Below, piece by piece: positions 52,194-62,893 of a stretch of DNA of 64,000 nucleotides (position 1 is its first letter; the number at the start of each line of letters is the position of its first letter). Both the position numbers and the translations under genes were made by a program. The stretch comes from Candidatus Binatia bacterium. GTDB taxonomy: Bacteria; Desulfobacterota; Binatia; UBA9968; CAXXLF01. Where the stretch lies: NCBI GenBank assembly GCA_963664015.2, contig CAXXLF010000001.1:640001-704000 (forward strand). The letters run 5' to 3'. Below the pieces are notes generated by a model. It saw only the letters and a program-made list of their open reading frames with translations, was not told the origin of the DNA and did not search any database.

Positions 52194-53924
52194 ATGTCTC
52201 GCGATAACGATAAAAAGCGCTTCCATGTCGTTCTGATCAAACCGTCCCGATATGACGACGATGGCTACGTGATCCGGTGGGCCAGAGCGGTTCTCATATC
52301 CAATTCACTCGCAGCCGTGAATGCGCTCACCGAGGATGCCATGGGCCAGCGGATACTGGGCCCCGACGTTGAAATTATACCCCACTGGTTCGATGAAACC
52401 GTCAAACGAATTCCAACGAAAAAGCTAGCTAAGCAGATTCAGACCTCGGGAGACAAGGCCATCATTTGCATGGTTGGCGTTCAATCCAATCAGTACCCCC
52501 GTGCCGTGGACCTCTGCCGTGAATTCACAGCCTACGGCCTCAAAACCATGATCGGGGGTTTCCACGTGAGCGGTTCCATAGAGATGCTTCCCGAGATACC
52601 CAAAGAAATTCAAAAGGCCATGGATGACGGCACCACCATTGTGGCCGGTGAGATAGAGCAACGTTGGAATGAACTGCTGACGGATGCCTACCATGGGACC
52701 CTGAAACCCTTGTACAATTTTTTGAAGGACAAGCCCCCATTGAACAACATTTCGCCCCCCTTCGCCCCCATTGAAAATCTCAAACATTTTTTACCGTGGC
52801 GCCAGTCTTCCTTTGACGCGGGACGGGGGTGCCCCTTTCAGTGCAGCTTTTGCACCATCATCAACGTTCAGGGTCGCACCATGCGAGCCCGTACGGCGGA
52901 CGACGTGGAGGCGCTTATCCGGAGGAACTTCTCTCAGGGCATACGCGAGTACTTTATTACGGACGACAACTTTGCCCGCAACCCCAATTGGGAGCAAATC
53001 GTCGATCGCATTATTGAATTGAAAGAGAAAGACAAGATTCGCATCTCTCTCATGATCCAGATCGACACGGTGGCACATCGCATCAAGCGGTTTACGGATA
53101 AGCTTGCTCGGGCCGGTTGCCGGCGCGTCTTTATCGGCATGGAGAGCGTCAACCCGGAGAACTTAAAGATCTCGGCAAAATATCAGAACCGTATCTCCGA
53201 ATACCGCAATATGCTCCAGGCATGGCGGGATCGGAACATCGTAACTTATGCCGGATATATTCTCGGTTTCCCTGGCGACACCTACGAATCCATCATGCGG
53301 GACGTAGAGTATCTAAAAAGAGAACTGCCCCTGGAATTTGCGGAGTTTTTCATTATGACCCCGTTGCCCGGCTCCAAGGATCACCAGCAGTTCGTAGCAA
53401 AGGGCATTCCCCTGGACGAGGACCTCAACAACTACGATACGAGCCATGCCTGCATGGACCACCCTAAAATGACCCGGGAAGAACTTCTGCGGGCCTATCG
53501 GGATGCCTGGAAATCTTTTTACAGCCGGGAACACATCGAAACGATCCTGAAACGCCGCAAGGACAAACGACGCAACAGGATGGTCTCGCACCTGCTCTGG
53601 TTCTGCAGCTCGGTTTTTATCGAGAACGTACATCCCCTTTTGGGTGGATTTTTCCGCCTAAAGGGAAGACATCAGCGCTCTCCCCGGTTTCCCCTCGAAT
53701 CGATTCCCGCCTATTACTGGCGAAGGACGCAAGACGTCTCCCTGTGGTTTGTCCGCATGGGTATGCTTATTGTTAAAATGCGCTGGATACTTCGTAAAGC
53801 AAACCGTGACGAGAATAAGGACTACACGGACGTAGCCATCAGTGAAGCTCCACCGCCCGTTCCCAACACCCAGCCTCGTCAGCCAAAGATTGAATTGGCC
53901 GATGCGGTGGAAACCCGTCAGTGA
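52194..53924 (+). CDS. B12-binding-domain-type radical SAM protein
   Basis: GRGCPFQCSFC, IGGFHVSG, TDDNF, FIGMES. Confidence 0.88.
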   Translation: MSRDNDKKRFHVVLIKPSRYDDDGYVIRWARAVLISNSLAAVNALTEDAMGQRILGPDVEIIPHWFDETVKRIPTKKLAKQIQTSGDKAIICMVGVQSNQYPRAVDLCREFTAYGLKTMIGGFHVSGSIEMLPEIPKEIQKAMDDGTTIVAGEIEQRWNELLTDAYHGTLKPLYNFLKDKPPLNNISPPFAPIENLKHFLPWRQSSFDAGRGCPFQCSFCTIINVQGRTMRARTADDVEALIRRNFSQGIREYFITDDNFARNPNWEQIVDRIIELKEKDKIRISLMIQIDTVAHRIKRFTDKLARAGCRRVFIGMESVNPENLKISAKYQNRISEYRNMLQAWRDRNIVTYAGYILGFPGDTYESIMRDVEYLKRELPLEFAEFFIMTPLPGSKDHQQFVAKGIPLDEDLNNYDTSHACMDHPKMTREELLRAYRDAWKSFYSREHIETILKRRKDKRRNRMVSHLLWFCSSVFIENVHPLLGGFFRLKGRHQRSPRFPLESIPAYYWRRTQDVSLWFVRMGMLIVKMRWILRKANRDENKDYTDVAISEAPPPVPNTQPRQPKIELADAVETRQ

Positions 53925-53993
53925 AGCCTCCACGGGCTTAGGCCCGTGGCATCCTTCCTTTCTTCGGCGCGGAATCCGCCGAAGCACCCCCTT
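53922..53993 (-). mobile_element. IS200/IS605-derived miniature element, partial copy C
   Basis: TGAAGCCTCCACGGGCTTAGGCCCGTGG...CTTCGGCG.GGAATCCGCCGAAG; supplies the stop codon of the radical SAM gene. Confidence 0.65.
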
Positions 53994-54119
53994 TCCCTGC
54001 GATTCAAAATAATCGATCTCCCATCCTTTATTCCTTTCCCGTCTTGACAACCGATGCCTCGATGGGTTAATCGGATCAAAATAGAAGTCAAACACAGATT
54101 TTTAAGGCAGTAAAAGTCA

Positions 54120-54383
54120 ATGGTGGATAAATTTTCTGTCGGCGCAATGGTCAGAATTAAGACCGATAATCCGGGAGATGTAAAAAGGGTTCCCCATTAC
54201 ATCAAGGGCAAAGTAGGAGTTGTTCAAAAGTTCCGCGGAATCATCGACAATCCCAGGGACCATCGCGATGAACGGCCTCCTCTCTACTCTGTTCTGTTCT
54301 CCCCGGCGGACATTTTCACCGAGAAGTCTGAAAATGACAAAGTCGTCGTAGATGTATTCGAAGATTGGATGATTCCCCAATAG
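54120..54383 (+). CDS. SH3-like domain protein (nitrile hydratase beta C-terminus / thiocyanate hydrolase alpha-like)
   Basis: FSVGAMVRI, R.P.YIKGKVGVV, PLYSVLF, VVVDVFEDWM. Confidence 0.8.
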   Translation: MVDKFSVGAMVRIKTDNPGDVKRVPHYIKGKVGVVQKFRGIIDNPRDHRDERPPLYSVLFSPADIFTEKSENDKVVVDVFEDWMIPQ

Positions 54384-54394
54384 GAGATGGAACC

Positions 54395-55321
54395 ATGCCC
54401 GAACCCACATACCACCCCCATACCCATCCCCACGAGCCGATCAAGGAAATCGAGGAGCTTCCCGAGCATGTGATGAGGCTTCTCGCCCTCGGACAGTCCT
54501 TAGGAGAGAAAGGAATCACCGTGGTCCAAGACAGCCGATTTAAAGCGGACGAACTCAACGCCAAAGGGTTGACCCAGGGAGTTCCCTACTTTGAAAAAAG
54601 ATTCATGGCCATGCGAGCAGTCCTCTCGGGCAAAAAGGTCATCTCCGAGAGCGAATGGGAGGACAAAAGACAATATCTCCAAAGGGAGATCTCACAAAAA
54701 GGAGGGGCCCTCGGTTCTTTCGAGCTCGGGGTGATGGCACTGACCCGGTTGATCCTCAAAAAAGGGACCGTGACCCAGAGTACCTTGGATTTCAATTATG
54801 AGAAGATGAAAGCGCGGGTCCCCATGTCCGGCGCCAAGATCGTCGCCAAGGCCTGGGCCGACCCTGCGTTTAAGGCTCATCTTTTGAACAATGCCAAGAA
54901 AGCCATTATGGACTTTAACCCTGTGCTCCTGGAACCTAACAACGGGAAAACCATCGAGGCCTGGGATGTCACCCATCTCGAGGTTTTGGAAAACACGGAA
55001 AAGGTTCGAAACGTCGTCGTGTGCACCCTCTGCTCCTGCTATCCCATGGGCCTACTGGGACAGTCGCCCGAGTGGTACACCAAAGAAGACTACCGGACAA
55101 GAATCGTGAGGGAACCCCGAGCGGTACTGAAAGAATGGGGGACCCAAGTGGGAGCCGACGTCGAACTGAGGGTCTACGACAGCAGTGCTGACGTGCGCTA
55201 CCTGGTGGTTCCTACCCGGCCCCAGGGGACGGAAGCGCATTCGGAAGAGGAACTGGCCGATCTTGTTACGAGGGACAGCCTGATTGGCGTTGGGAACGCT
55301 TTGTCTTCTTATGGGAAATAA
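54395..55321 (+). CDS. Cobalt-type nitrile hydratase alpha/thiocyanate hydrolase gamma subunit fused to a beta-N-terminal-like domain
   Basis: GAKIVAKAWADP, VVVCTLCSCYP, LGQSPEWY, VTRDSLIG; N-terminal PYFEK...LSGKKVISESE. Confidence 0.85.
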   Translation: MPEPTYHPHTHPHEPIKEIEELPEHVMRLLALGQSLGEKGITVVQDSRFKADELNAKGLTQGVPYFEKRFMAMRAVLSGKKVISESEWEDKRQYLQREISQKGGALGSFELGVMALTRLILKKGTVTQSTLDFNYEKMKARVPMSGAKIVAKAWADPAFKAHLLNNAKKAIMDFNPVLLEPNNGKTIEAWDVTHLEVLENTEKVRNVVVCTLCSCYPMGLLGQSPEWYTKEDYRTRIVREPRAVLKEWGTQVGADVELRVYDSSADVRYLVVPTRPQGTEAHSEEELADLVTRDSLIGVGNALSSYGK

Positions 55322-55336
55322 CTCTTTGGAGAATTT

Positions 55337-55522
55337 ATGGACACTCATGATGTTTCGATTGTACAACCGAAGGTGCTCCCGGTCCCATCCTGGCTCCCGG
55401 GAGTCCTCTCTTTTTTAATGGCTGGTGCGATAGTCCACCTCGCCCTTTTTTCAACCTACCCGCCTATCCACGACACGATGCACATAGTGAGGCACTCCTT
55501 GGCCATTGTTCCATGCCACTGA
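55337..55522 (+). CDS. cbtB: CbtB-like cobalt transporter small subunit
   Basis: One TM helix plus HDTMH..RHSL...PCH C-terminus. Confidence 0.78.
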   Translation: MDTHDVSIVQPKVLPVPSWLPGVLSFLMAGAIVHLALFSTYPPIHDTMHIVRHSLAIVPCH

Positions 55523-56448
55523 GACTTATTTTAGCATTGTTATGCCTGTCAGCCGTGGAGGTCGAGGCTTCTTCTAATCTACGACTGCTAATTGACCCGC
55601 CTTTGGAGACGGTGCGACCTAATCACGACGAGGCACATCTCACACTTCTCTCTGAGGGCAAGGGGGCCTCTTCAAAAACGGTTCGTTGGAATTTAATCGT
55701 AGAACTGCCACCGCCGGGAATTCTATTTTCAACGGATTTCCCCTGGATCGAAGGGAAAAGACTTCTTGATATCGAGTTTGTCACCGAGGGGGGGAAAGCC
55801 CAATGGAGTATGGTTTTTCCCATACGTGGGCGTTATGAAATCAGGGTTGAAACCGAAATCGAGGGTGAAGCCCCCGGACAGACCACTTTCCCACTGGTCA
55901 TCCGTGAAGACCCGGCACGCTTACTTTATCTGGTGTTATCGCTGGCCGGTGTATTTCTGCTTGGTTGTTTGATAGGCTGGGCGGTTCCTCGCTCGAGAGT
56001 TTTTCTTGCCGTATTGTTTTTTTCTCTTACAGGTGTTGCGGCTCAAGCTCAGTTGGACGTCAATCCTGAAAAAGTGGGAGAGATAACCCCAATGAACCTC
56101 GTTCTCCCCGATTCCCGCGCCACCGGGATAGACTTTTCCATAGTCAAAACGGAGGATCAGCAAAGGCTCTTTCATATCGAGGATGTCACGGTAATGGGGA
56201 AGACTACTTGGAACTATCACTTTTTTGACGGCTCGGTACACCGGATTAGAATGGCGATCCAGTACCCGGGCTTCACCGCGCGCCGAGTGGTTGAGAAGGA
56301 AACCCATGTGGAGGCGAGGCCCCCCCCCCGAACGGTGGTTCTAACGACCTATGGGATTTTTCTCTTACCCTTGATAGTCGGCTGGTTTGTGGGAAGAACG
56401 TTCAAGAAAAGTAAAAAAGGTCGGAAGATCCCCGTACCTTCTGTATAA
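55513..56448 (+). CDS. Hypothetical membrane protein (two extracellular beta domains)
   Basis: Signal peptide, central TM pair, C-terminal TM; overlaps the end of cbtB. Confidence 0.7.
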   Translation: MPLRLILALLCLSAVEVEASSNLRLLIDPPLETVRPNHDEAHLTLLSEGKGASSKTVRWNLIVELPPPGILFSTDFPWIEGKRLLDIEFVTEGGKAQWSMVFPIRGRYEIRVETEIEGEAPGQTTFPLVIREDPARLLYLVLSLAGVFLLGCLIGWAVPRSRVFLAVLFFSLTGVAAQAQLDVNPEKVGEITPMNLVLPDSRATGIDFSIVKTEDQQRLFHIEDVTVMGKTTWNYHFFDGSVHRIRMAIQYPGFTARRVVEKETHVEARPPPRTVVLTTYGIFLLPLIVGWFVGRTFKKSKKGRKIPVPSV

Positions 56449-56521
56449 CCGTCTTTCTCATCTCAAATTATACAGACTTGCCCCTTCTATCTAACTAACC
56501 ACCCATACTAGCCGCGGACGG

Positions 56522-57598
56522 CTACGGCGACCCCCAAACTTTTGTGGCAACATCAACAACGAGCTTGAGCTTGCGCCACTGATTCTCCTCGGTAAGCAGG
56601 TTGCCTTCCATGACAGAGCCAAAACCACACTGAGGACTGAGGGCCAGGTTCTCTATCGGCACGTATTGGCTAGCCGCTTCAATCTGTCTTACCAGTTGAT
56701 CCTCCGATTCCAATCCCGGGACCTTGGTGCTCACCAGCCCCAAAACCACCGTTTTCCCTCTTGGCACGAACCGTAGCGGTTCAAAGGTACCGGCCCTTTC
56801 CGAATCGTATTCGAGCAGGAAGTTATAGACCTCGAGCTCGCCGAATATCTTCTCTGCTATGGCCTCGTACCCCCCTTCAGCAAACCACTGACTGTGGTTG
56901 TTGCCCCGGCACAGGTGAATAGCCGAGATAACACCTGAATCATGGAACCCATCCAAACATGCATTATCGGCGCGAACTGCCTGGTCCCATGCCTCGTCGG
57001 GATTCAAGCCCGTTTCTTGCTTCATGATGCTACGCCATTTGGGATCGATGTAATAACTGTAACGGGGTGCTTCAATTTGTATGTAACGAATATCCTCACT
57101 CACCAAAGAATGGATCTCATTCCTGATGATAGTCACGATGTCCCACAGAAGGGAGGAATGATCTGGATAAAACCAATTCGTGACACCTCTCTTGTAGTGG
57201 ATGGCGGGAAATTGATTTGGCGAGGGGAGCGTGATTTTGATGTCACCGGGGGATTGCCGTTTCATAAAGTCCAGTTCACAGTGGGTCAGTCGTCGGGTCT
57301 GTTTGATCCTACCGACAACGACCCCGGGGACGCTCCGCGCTTCCACCCCACCACTCCCATCGTCCGCCTGCCAGGAGCGGGGAACCGTTTCTTTCTCGTT
57401 AATCCCCTCAACAGAATCACTGAAGTCGCTCATAAAATTTCGGCGCCGGAACTCGCCATCGGTAAAAATTTGTAGGCCAAGCTCTTTTTGCCGCCCGAGT
57501 ACCCTAAGAATATGCCGATCTTCCAGCTCCCTCAGCTTCTGTGTAGGCATAGGGGTACCGCTGTGAGCTTCCAGCAGCTCTTTGGGTCTTAAAGGACT
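56522..57598 (-). pseudogene. Cobalamin-independent methionine synthase II family protein, 5'-truncated
   Basis: TDGEFRR, HLCRGN, LEYD, LSPQCGF; upstream SPLRPKELLEA present but the preceding RADHVG segment is missing. Confidence 0.75.
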
Positions 57599-57599
57599 A

Positions 57600-57793
57600 T
57601 CTTGGCGACCCTTTCGGCCCGGGACCTGGACAGGGAATTGAACGAACCCAAGTATTAGCCGTTACCCACCGTGACCGTCAGGCTGGTCAGTGTCATTTCG
57701 GACAACATGCGCCATGCCGGCTAAATAGAATACCTAGCCGGCTTCATCCGTCACCAGGGCTGGTTCCCGGCGATGGCTCGTCGGAAACCCTAG
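57600..57793 (+). pseudogene. DinB-family protein C-terminal remnant
   Basis: DLDRELNEPKY*PLPTVTVRLVSVISDNMRHAG*IEYLAG with two in-frame stops. Confidence 0.6.
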
Positions 57794-57811
57794 AACAAAA
57801 GATCCCACATT

Positions 57812-58006
57812 ATGGAAACCCCAGACCGGCAATCCCTGATCCTGCTACTCAAGCAGGCCGGGATCGAACCCGATGACGATGATCTGGAGCGCTTCAGGCC
57901 GTTGATCGAGCAGTACCTGGAAGCGCTCGGGGAACTCCACTCCTTTGATGTAAGCGACGAAGAGATAGCGCCGACCTTTCGACCCCAATGGTCCGTGAAG
58001 AAATGA
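57812..58006 (+). CDS. Small GatC/AtzG-like amidase partner protein
   Basis: 64 aa acidic protein ending EEIAPTFRP, immediately before an amidase. Confidence 0.6.
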   Translation: METPDRQSLILLLKQAGIEPDDDDLERFRPLIEQYLEALGELHSFDVSDEEIAPTFRPQWSVKK

Positions 58007-58013
58007 GGACACC

Positions 58014-59408
58014 ATGTCTCTAGCCCACAAACCAACCTTTCACTTGACCATCGACGAGGCACGGCACCTGATCAGGAGCAAGGCCCTCTCTCCCGTGGAG
58101 TTGACCCGGGGATTTCTCGACCGCATCGATTCCGTCGATGGAAAGCTCCATTCCTATCTCGCCGTCAGGGCCGAGGAAGCGCTAGCCGAGGCGCGGGTAG
58201 CGGAAGCCGAGATCCTCCAGGGCTATTATGGTGGGCCACTACATGGAATCCCAGTGGCCGTGAAAGACCAATACGACATCAGCGGCCTTCCCGCTGCCAT
58301 CAGGATGAAAGGACCCAACGAGTATAAGTCAACAGAGGACGCCACGACCGTTGCCAGGTTGAGGGGAGCGGGTGCGGTACTGTTGGGGAAGCTCATGATG
58401 AGTGGCCAACCGGGCAACCTGCCACAGACCTGTAATCCCTGGAACTTGGATTTTTCACCCGGGGGATCCCGTACCGGTCCTGGTGCGGCCACCGCCGCAG
58501 GGCTCTGTATGGCCTCGTTGGGTGAGGATACCGCCGGGTCCATTCGCAATCCGGCCTCGCTGTCAGGTCTGGTGGGATTTAAGCCCACCTACGGCCGCGT
58601 CAGCCGCCACGGGCTGGCCCCACTCAGTTGGTCTCTCGACCACTCGGGTCCCATGACATGGGTCGTTGAGGACATCGCCCACATGCTTCAGGTTATTGCG
58701 GGTTACGACCCCAAGGACCCAACCTCGATTCCAGCCCCCCTTCCCTACTACACAGCATCTCTCCGTGAGGACCTGAAGGGGTATGTTATCGGCATCCCAC
58801 TTAATTATATTGAAGAAACCAAGCCCCGCCTCGACCCGGAGATTCTCACCCTCGTGGATCGAGCCCTCATCGAGTTGGAATCTCTCGGGGCACGTTTGGA
58901 GAATGTCACCTTGCCCAGTCTCAAGGTCGCCACCCTTCCCAATGCGGTCATATACGCTAACGAGTTCTTTGCGGCTCATAGGAACGAGGTGGGCCGGCTA
59001 TTGAAGGCATCTGCAGCTTCGCGGCGAGCCAGATTGTATTTGGGCGCCCTTCCAAGCACCGCCGACTACATCCAGGCCCAACGGGTACGCAGTAGAGTCA
59101 AACGGGAATTCGCGGAGGCCTTCACAAAGATCGACATCCTGGCCCTCCCGGCTCAGCTCCAACCGGCCCCACGCCTCGAAGGAACGGACGCGCTGGCGAC
59201 TCTGTACAAGAACCTGAGACCGGACTTTGCCGGGCCTTTCAATCTGGCCAGGCTCCCGACCCTATGCCTTCCCTGCGGGTTAAACCATGCCCGGATGCCG
59301 GTGGCCCTACAGTTGGTGGCTAAACCGTTCGATAAGCCGACACTCCTCCGGGCGGGATACACCTACCAGCAGCATGCCAAACACTACGAGGAGCGCCCTC
59401 CGATCTGA
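58014..59408 (+). CDS. Amidase signature family protein
   Basis: LHGIPVAVKD, PGGSRTG, GEDTAGSIRNP, KPTYGRVS. Confidence 0.88.
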   Translation: MSLAHKPTFHLTIDEARHLIRSKALSPVELTRGFLDRIDSVDGKLHSYLAVRAEEALAEARVAEAEILQGYYGGPLHGIPVAVKDQYDISGLPAAIRMKGPNEYKSTEDATTVARLRGAGAVLLGKLMMSGQPGNLPQTCNPWNLDFSPGGSRTGPGAATAAGLCMASLGEDTAGSIRNPASLSGLVGFKPTYGRVSRHGLAPLSWSLDHSGPMTWVVEDIAHMLQVIAGYDPKDPTSIPAPLPYYTASLREDLKGYVIGIPLNYIEETKPRLDPEILTLVDRALIELESLGARLENVTLPSLKVATLPNAVIYANEFFAAHRNEVGRLLKASAASRRARLYLGALPSTADYIQAQRVRSRVKREFAEAFTKIDILALPAQLQPAPRLEGTDALATLYKNLRPDFAGPFNLARLPTLCLPCGLNHARMPVALQLVAKPFDKPTLLRAGYTYQQHAKHYEERPPI

Positions 59409-59555
59409 GATCAAGCCATCGCCGCGGCCGAGTCCCGATCAAAACCACAGGTTCGATCTCTTGAGCCTACGCAGTACAGCTGCTAGATTAGAAATATTAG
59501 CGGTAAGGGAACGTAAAAATGAGGGGGGGCCGGTGGGCCCTTTTTTTATTCATTT

Positions 59556-61406
59556 ATGGCAGATCCAGACAATTTAAACCGACGCCAGGATATTCGTAAC
59601 ATTGCCATCATCGCTCATGTGGACCATGGCAAGACCACGCTGGTCGATGCCATGTTGCGCCAGGGGGGTATCTTCCGAGCTAACGAACAGTTGGTGGATC
59701 GAGTGATGGACTCCTCTGATCAGGAACGAGAGCGAGGGATCACCATCCTGGCCAAGAACACGGCTATCGAATACGGCAAGGTCAAGATCAATATCGTCGA
59801 CACCCCTGGTCATGCTGACTTCGGCGGCGAGGTAGAGCGAACTCTCGCCATGGTCGATGGGGTCATCCTCCTGGTCGATGCCTCCGAAGGGCCACTGCCG
59901 CAAACCCGGTTCGTTTTGAAAAAGGCCCTCGAGTTGGAACTGCCCCCCATCGTGTGCGTCAATAAAATCGACCGGCCCGACGCCCGTATCAGCGAGGTCC
60001 TGGACGAGATTTATGGTTTATTTATCGATCTGGATGCGACTGAAACCCAGCTCGATTTCCCCGTGGTCTACACCAATGCTCGTGCCGGTACCGCCACTCG
60101 GGAGCTGAAAAACAGCTCATCCAAGCTGGGACCATTGTTCGACCTGATCATTGAGGCGCTCCCAGGCCCACAGGTCAATGTTGACGCAGCCACCCAGTTC
60201 CAGGTCAATAACCTGGACTACAACGAGTACGTAGGACGCCTGGGGATTGGGCGCATCAGCAACGGTTCCCTCACCATCGGCGGGCTCTACACCCTCTGTC
60301 GCAATGACGGGTCCCAGCTCCCCATCAAGATATCTCAGCTATACGGATGGCATGGCCTGAAGCGTATCGATCTCGATAGCGCCGAGGCGGGAGATATTGT
60401 TGCCGTCGCCGGTATCGAGGACATTTATATTGGAGACACCGTCGCAGACCGGGAGCACCCAAAACCCCTTCCGGTCATTCGCGTGGAAGAGCCGACGATT
60501 GCCATGATCTTTAGCGTTAACACGTCTCCCTGGAGCGGCCGCGAGGGAGATTTCGTCACTTCCCGGAAACTACGCGAACGCCTGATGCTCGAGCAACGTC
60601 GCAATGTAAGCTTGCGCATCGAGGATACGAACTCACCGGACTCGCTGCAGGTCACGGGCCGTGGGGAGTTGCAGCTGGCAGTTGTGATCGAAACCATGCG
60701 CCGGGAGGGGTATGAGCTGGCCGTGTCCCGACCCTCCGTCGTCACACGAAAAATTAACAACGTCATGCACGAGCCAATCGAACTCTTGTTGATCGACGTC
60801 CCCGAAACCTATGTGGGCGTTGTCACCCAGCTCCTGGGAATGCGACGGGGTAAAATGACCAAGATGGTCAACTCGGGGTCTGGACGCGTCAATCTCGAGT
60901 TCACCGTCCCATCACGTGGATTAATCGGTTTTCGATCTCGCTTCGTGATGGATACGCGGGGGACGGGTATCATGAATACGCTATTTGATGGCTGGGCTCG
61001 ATGGCATGGCCCGATACCGGACCGCAGCAACGGTGCTATCGTATCGGACCGTGAGGGGAAGGCTACCTCCTATTCGGTTTTTCACTTGCAGGAACGGGGG
61101 ACCCTTTTTATTCCACCTGGAATACAGGTCTATGAGGGAATGGTTATCGGTGAGTACTCACGTGATACGGACCTCAATGTGAATATCTGCCGCGAGAAAA
61201 AACTGACGAACGTCCGGGCCTCGGGCACTGACGAGGCCGTTCTCATCACACCGCACCGGGAAATAGGACTGGAAAGTGGCATCGAATGGATCGGTGATGA
61301 CGAGTTGGTCGAGGTGACTCCCCAATCTATTCGGCTGCGTAAGACCGTCCTGAAGCAGGCTGACCGTCGCAGCAACAGAGGGGCCAATAACTCAAAACTT
61401 GATTAA
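59556..61406 (+). CDS. typA: Translational GTPase TypA/BipA
   Basis: [37 protein letters not shown]. Confidence 0.97.
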   Translation: MADPDNLNRRQDIRNIAIIAHVDHGKTTLVDAMLRQGGIFRANEQLVDRVMDSSDQERERGITILAKNTAIEYGKVKINIVDTPGHADFGGEVERTLAMVDGVILLVDASEGPLPQTRFVLKKALELELPPIVCVNKIDRPDARISEVLDEIYGLFIDLDATETQLDFPVVYTNARAGTATRELKNSSSKLGPLFDLIIEALPGPQVNVDAATQFQVNNLDYNEYVGRLGIGRISNGSLTIGGLYTLCRNDGSQLPIKISQLYGWHGLKRIDLDSAEAGDIVAVAGIEDIYIGDTVADREHPKPLPVIRVEEPTIAMIFSVNTSPWSGREGDFVTSRKLRERLMLEQRRNVSLRIEDTNSPDSLQVTGRGELQLAVVIETMRREGYELAVSRPSVVTRKINNVMHEPIELLLIDVPETYVGVVTQLLGMRRGKMTKMVNSGSGRVNLEFTVPSRGLIGFRSRFVMDTRGTGIMNTLFDGWARWHGPIPDRSNGAIVSDREGKATSYSVFHLQERGTLFIPPGIQVYEGMVIGEYSRDTDLNVNICREKKLTNVRASGTDEAVLITPHREIGLESGIEWIGDDELVEVTPQSIRLRKTVLKQADRRSNRGANNSKLD

Positions 61407-61428
61407 CCGAGAGGGCGGTGACCGTTTC

Positions 61429-61881
61429 TTAGGCTTGCCCCAGTAGCTCTCTAACTAATTGGCTGATACGGGTCGCGGCTGCTCGACCGGCGAGTTGCTT
61501 AGTCAAGAGCCCCATGACCTTACCCATTTCCTTGATAGACGCTGCACCGGTCTCGGTGATGGCCTCCTGGACAGCTTGGCGCAGCTCATCATCGTCCATC
61601 TGGGCTGGTAGACAATCCTGGACAATTAGAATTTCCTCTCGCTCCTTGTCCGCGAGCTCCTGCCGACCTCCTTTGACGTATTGCTCAGCGGCCTCCTCGC
61701 GCTTCTTGACCATGGACTGGAGCAGTTTGAGGATATCCTCTTCGCCGATCTCCTTACCGTGCTCCTTATCTTTGTAAAGAATCTCGGAACGAATCATCCG
61801 GATGGTCGACAGCTTGAGTACTGCCTTTGCTCGCATCGCCGTTTTGAGATCGTCGTTCAACCGCTCTCGTATTCCCGCCAT
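61429..61881 (-). CDS. yqeY: GatB/YqeY domain protein
   Basis: DLKTAMRAK, Y.KGGR.ELA.KE, MGKVMG. Confidence 0.92.
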   Translation of the reverse strand: MAGIRERLNDDLKTAMRAKAVLKLSTIRMIRSEILYKDKEHGKEIGEEDILKLLQSMVKKREEAAEQYVKGGRQELADKEREEILIVQDCLPAQMDDDELRQAVQEAITETGAASIKEMGKVMGLLTKQLAGRAAATRISQLVRELLGQA

Positions 61882-61910
61882 GTGCCCGCCTCAACCCTTC
61901 TCTGTCATCG

Positions 61911-62867
61911 CTACTCGTTTTGGTAGAGCCCGTCAATAAACCCCTCGTCGTCCAGTTCGCGTAGAAAATGGAGATCCCACATGGAGACGGGATTCATGTC
62001 TTCGAGCTCAGGATAGTCCTCCAGTGCCAACTGGAAGGTGTTTTTGATCGCCTCCGTACTTGGATAGGGCTTTTTCTGCATGGTGCCATTCACGTCCTCG
62101 TAGAGCCGCTCGATGGCCTCGTCGTCAAAATGGAGCTTGGCGCTGAGGGCCTCCCAGAGAAGTTCTTTAGTCCTTTCCTTCTGGGTTTTAAATAAACAGA
62201 TCGCTTCGCAGTACGCTTTGAGGAAAGCCATGGTCTCTCCGGGCTTGGACTTGATGGTTTCCGCGATGGAGTTGATGGTTACATTATGAATCTGCGGGTA
62301 CTCGGGGATATCCAGGATCTTGAGCCCATCCCTCTTGGCAATCACGTCGTAGGGCGGAGATAGCTGGGTTGCTGCCGCATCGTCGTTATTGAGAAATTGT
62401 TTATACCGTTCGACATAGTTGATATCTTTATCGTCGGTCCGAACCTCGATGATACCGTCGCGCTTGAGGTTGATTCCCGCATACGCCAGTTTACCACGGT
62501 TGGCCAGGTCCCCATGGGATCCCCGTTCCCCCTTGAAAGTGATTCCTTTGCCCTTCAGGTCTTCCACGCCATTGATCCAAGGCTTGACGATAAGCTTAGA
62601 CGGCCAGATATTGGACGGCTGGGCCAGGTAGACAAATCGCGCCCCCGTGCGTTTGCGTTCAACATAAGGGCTAATATGGTTACCAAGGAAAAAGTCCACT
62701 TCGCCCTTATAGAGCATCTGGTTTCCTGCAGTGGAGTCTGGAACGTGGAGCACCGTCGGCTCCAACCCGTACTTTTGCAACAAGCCCGAATCTCTCAAGA
62801 TGAAAGTCAAAACTTCCAGATTGTGTCGATAACCGATACGAATGGGTTTGAGTTTTTTAGCTGCCAT
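61911..62867 (-). CDS. ABC substrate-binding-like protein (NMT1/THI5 type), no obvious signal peptide
   Basis: GLLQKYGLE, EDLKGKGI, PYPS...DLHFLRELDDEGFID. Confidence 0.75.
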   Translation of the reverse strand: MAAKKLKPIRIGYRHNLEVLTFILRDSGLLQKYGLEPTVLHVPDSTAGNQMLYKGEVDFFLGNHISPYVERKRTGARFVYLAQPSNIWPSKLIVKPWINGVEDLKGKGITFKGERGSHGDLANRGKLAYAGINLKRDGIIEVRTDDKDINYVERYKQFLNNDDAAATQLSPPYDVIAKRDGLKILDIPEYPQIHNVTINSIAETIKSKPGETMAFLKAYCEAICLFKTQKERTKELLWEALSAKLHFDDEAIERLYEDVNGTMQKKPYPSTEAIKNTFQLALEDYPELEDMNPVSMWDLHFLRELDDEGFIDGLYQNE

Positions 62868-62893
62868 CGTTCCCCTTCTTTTGTATGGTAATA

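Noticed and set aside
53994-54119. Cobalamin or cobalt riboswitch before the NHase-like/cbtB operon
   Set aside because: No recognisable conserved riboswitch elements; the nearby structure is explained by the MITE copy.
54395-55321. NHLP-type RiPP precursor for the neighbouring radical SAM enzyme
   Set aside because: The metal-binding CTLCSC motif is intact, there is no Gly-Gly cleavage site with a core peptide, and cbtB indicates a cobalt enzyme.
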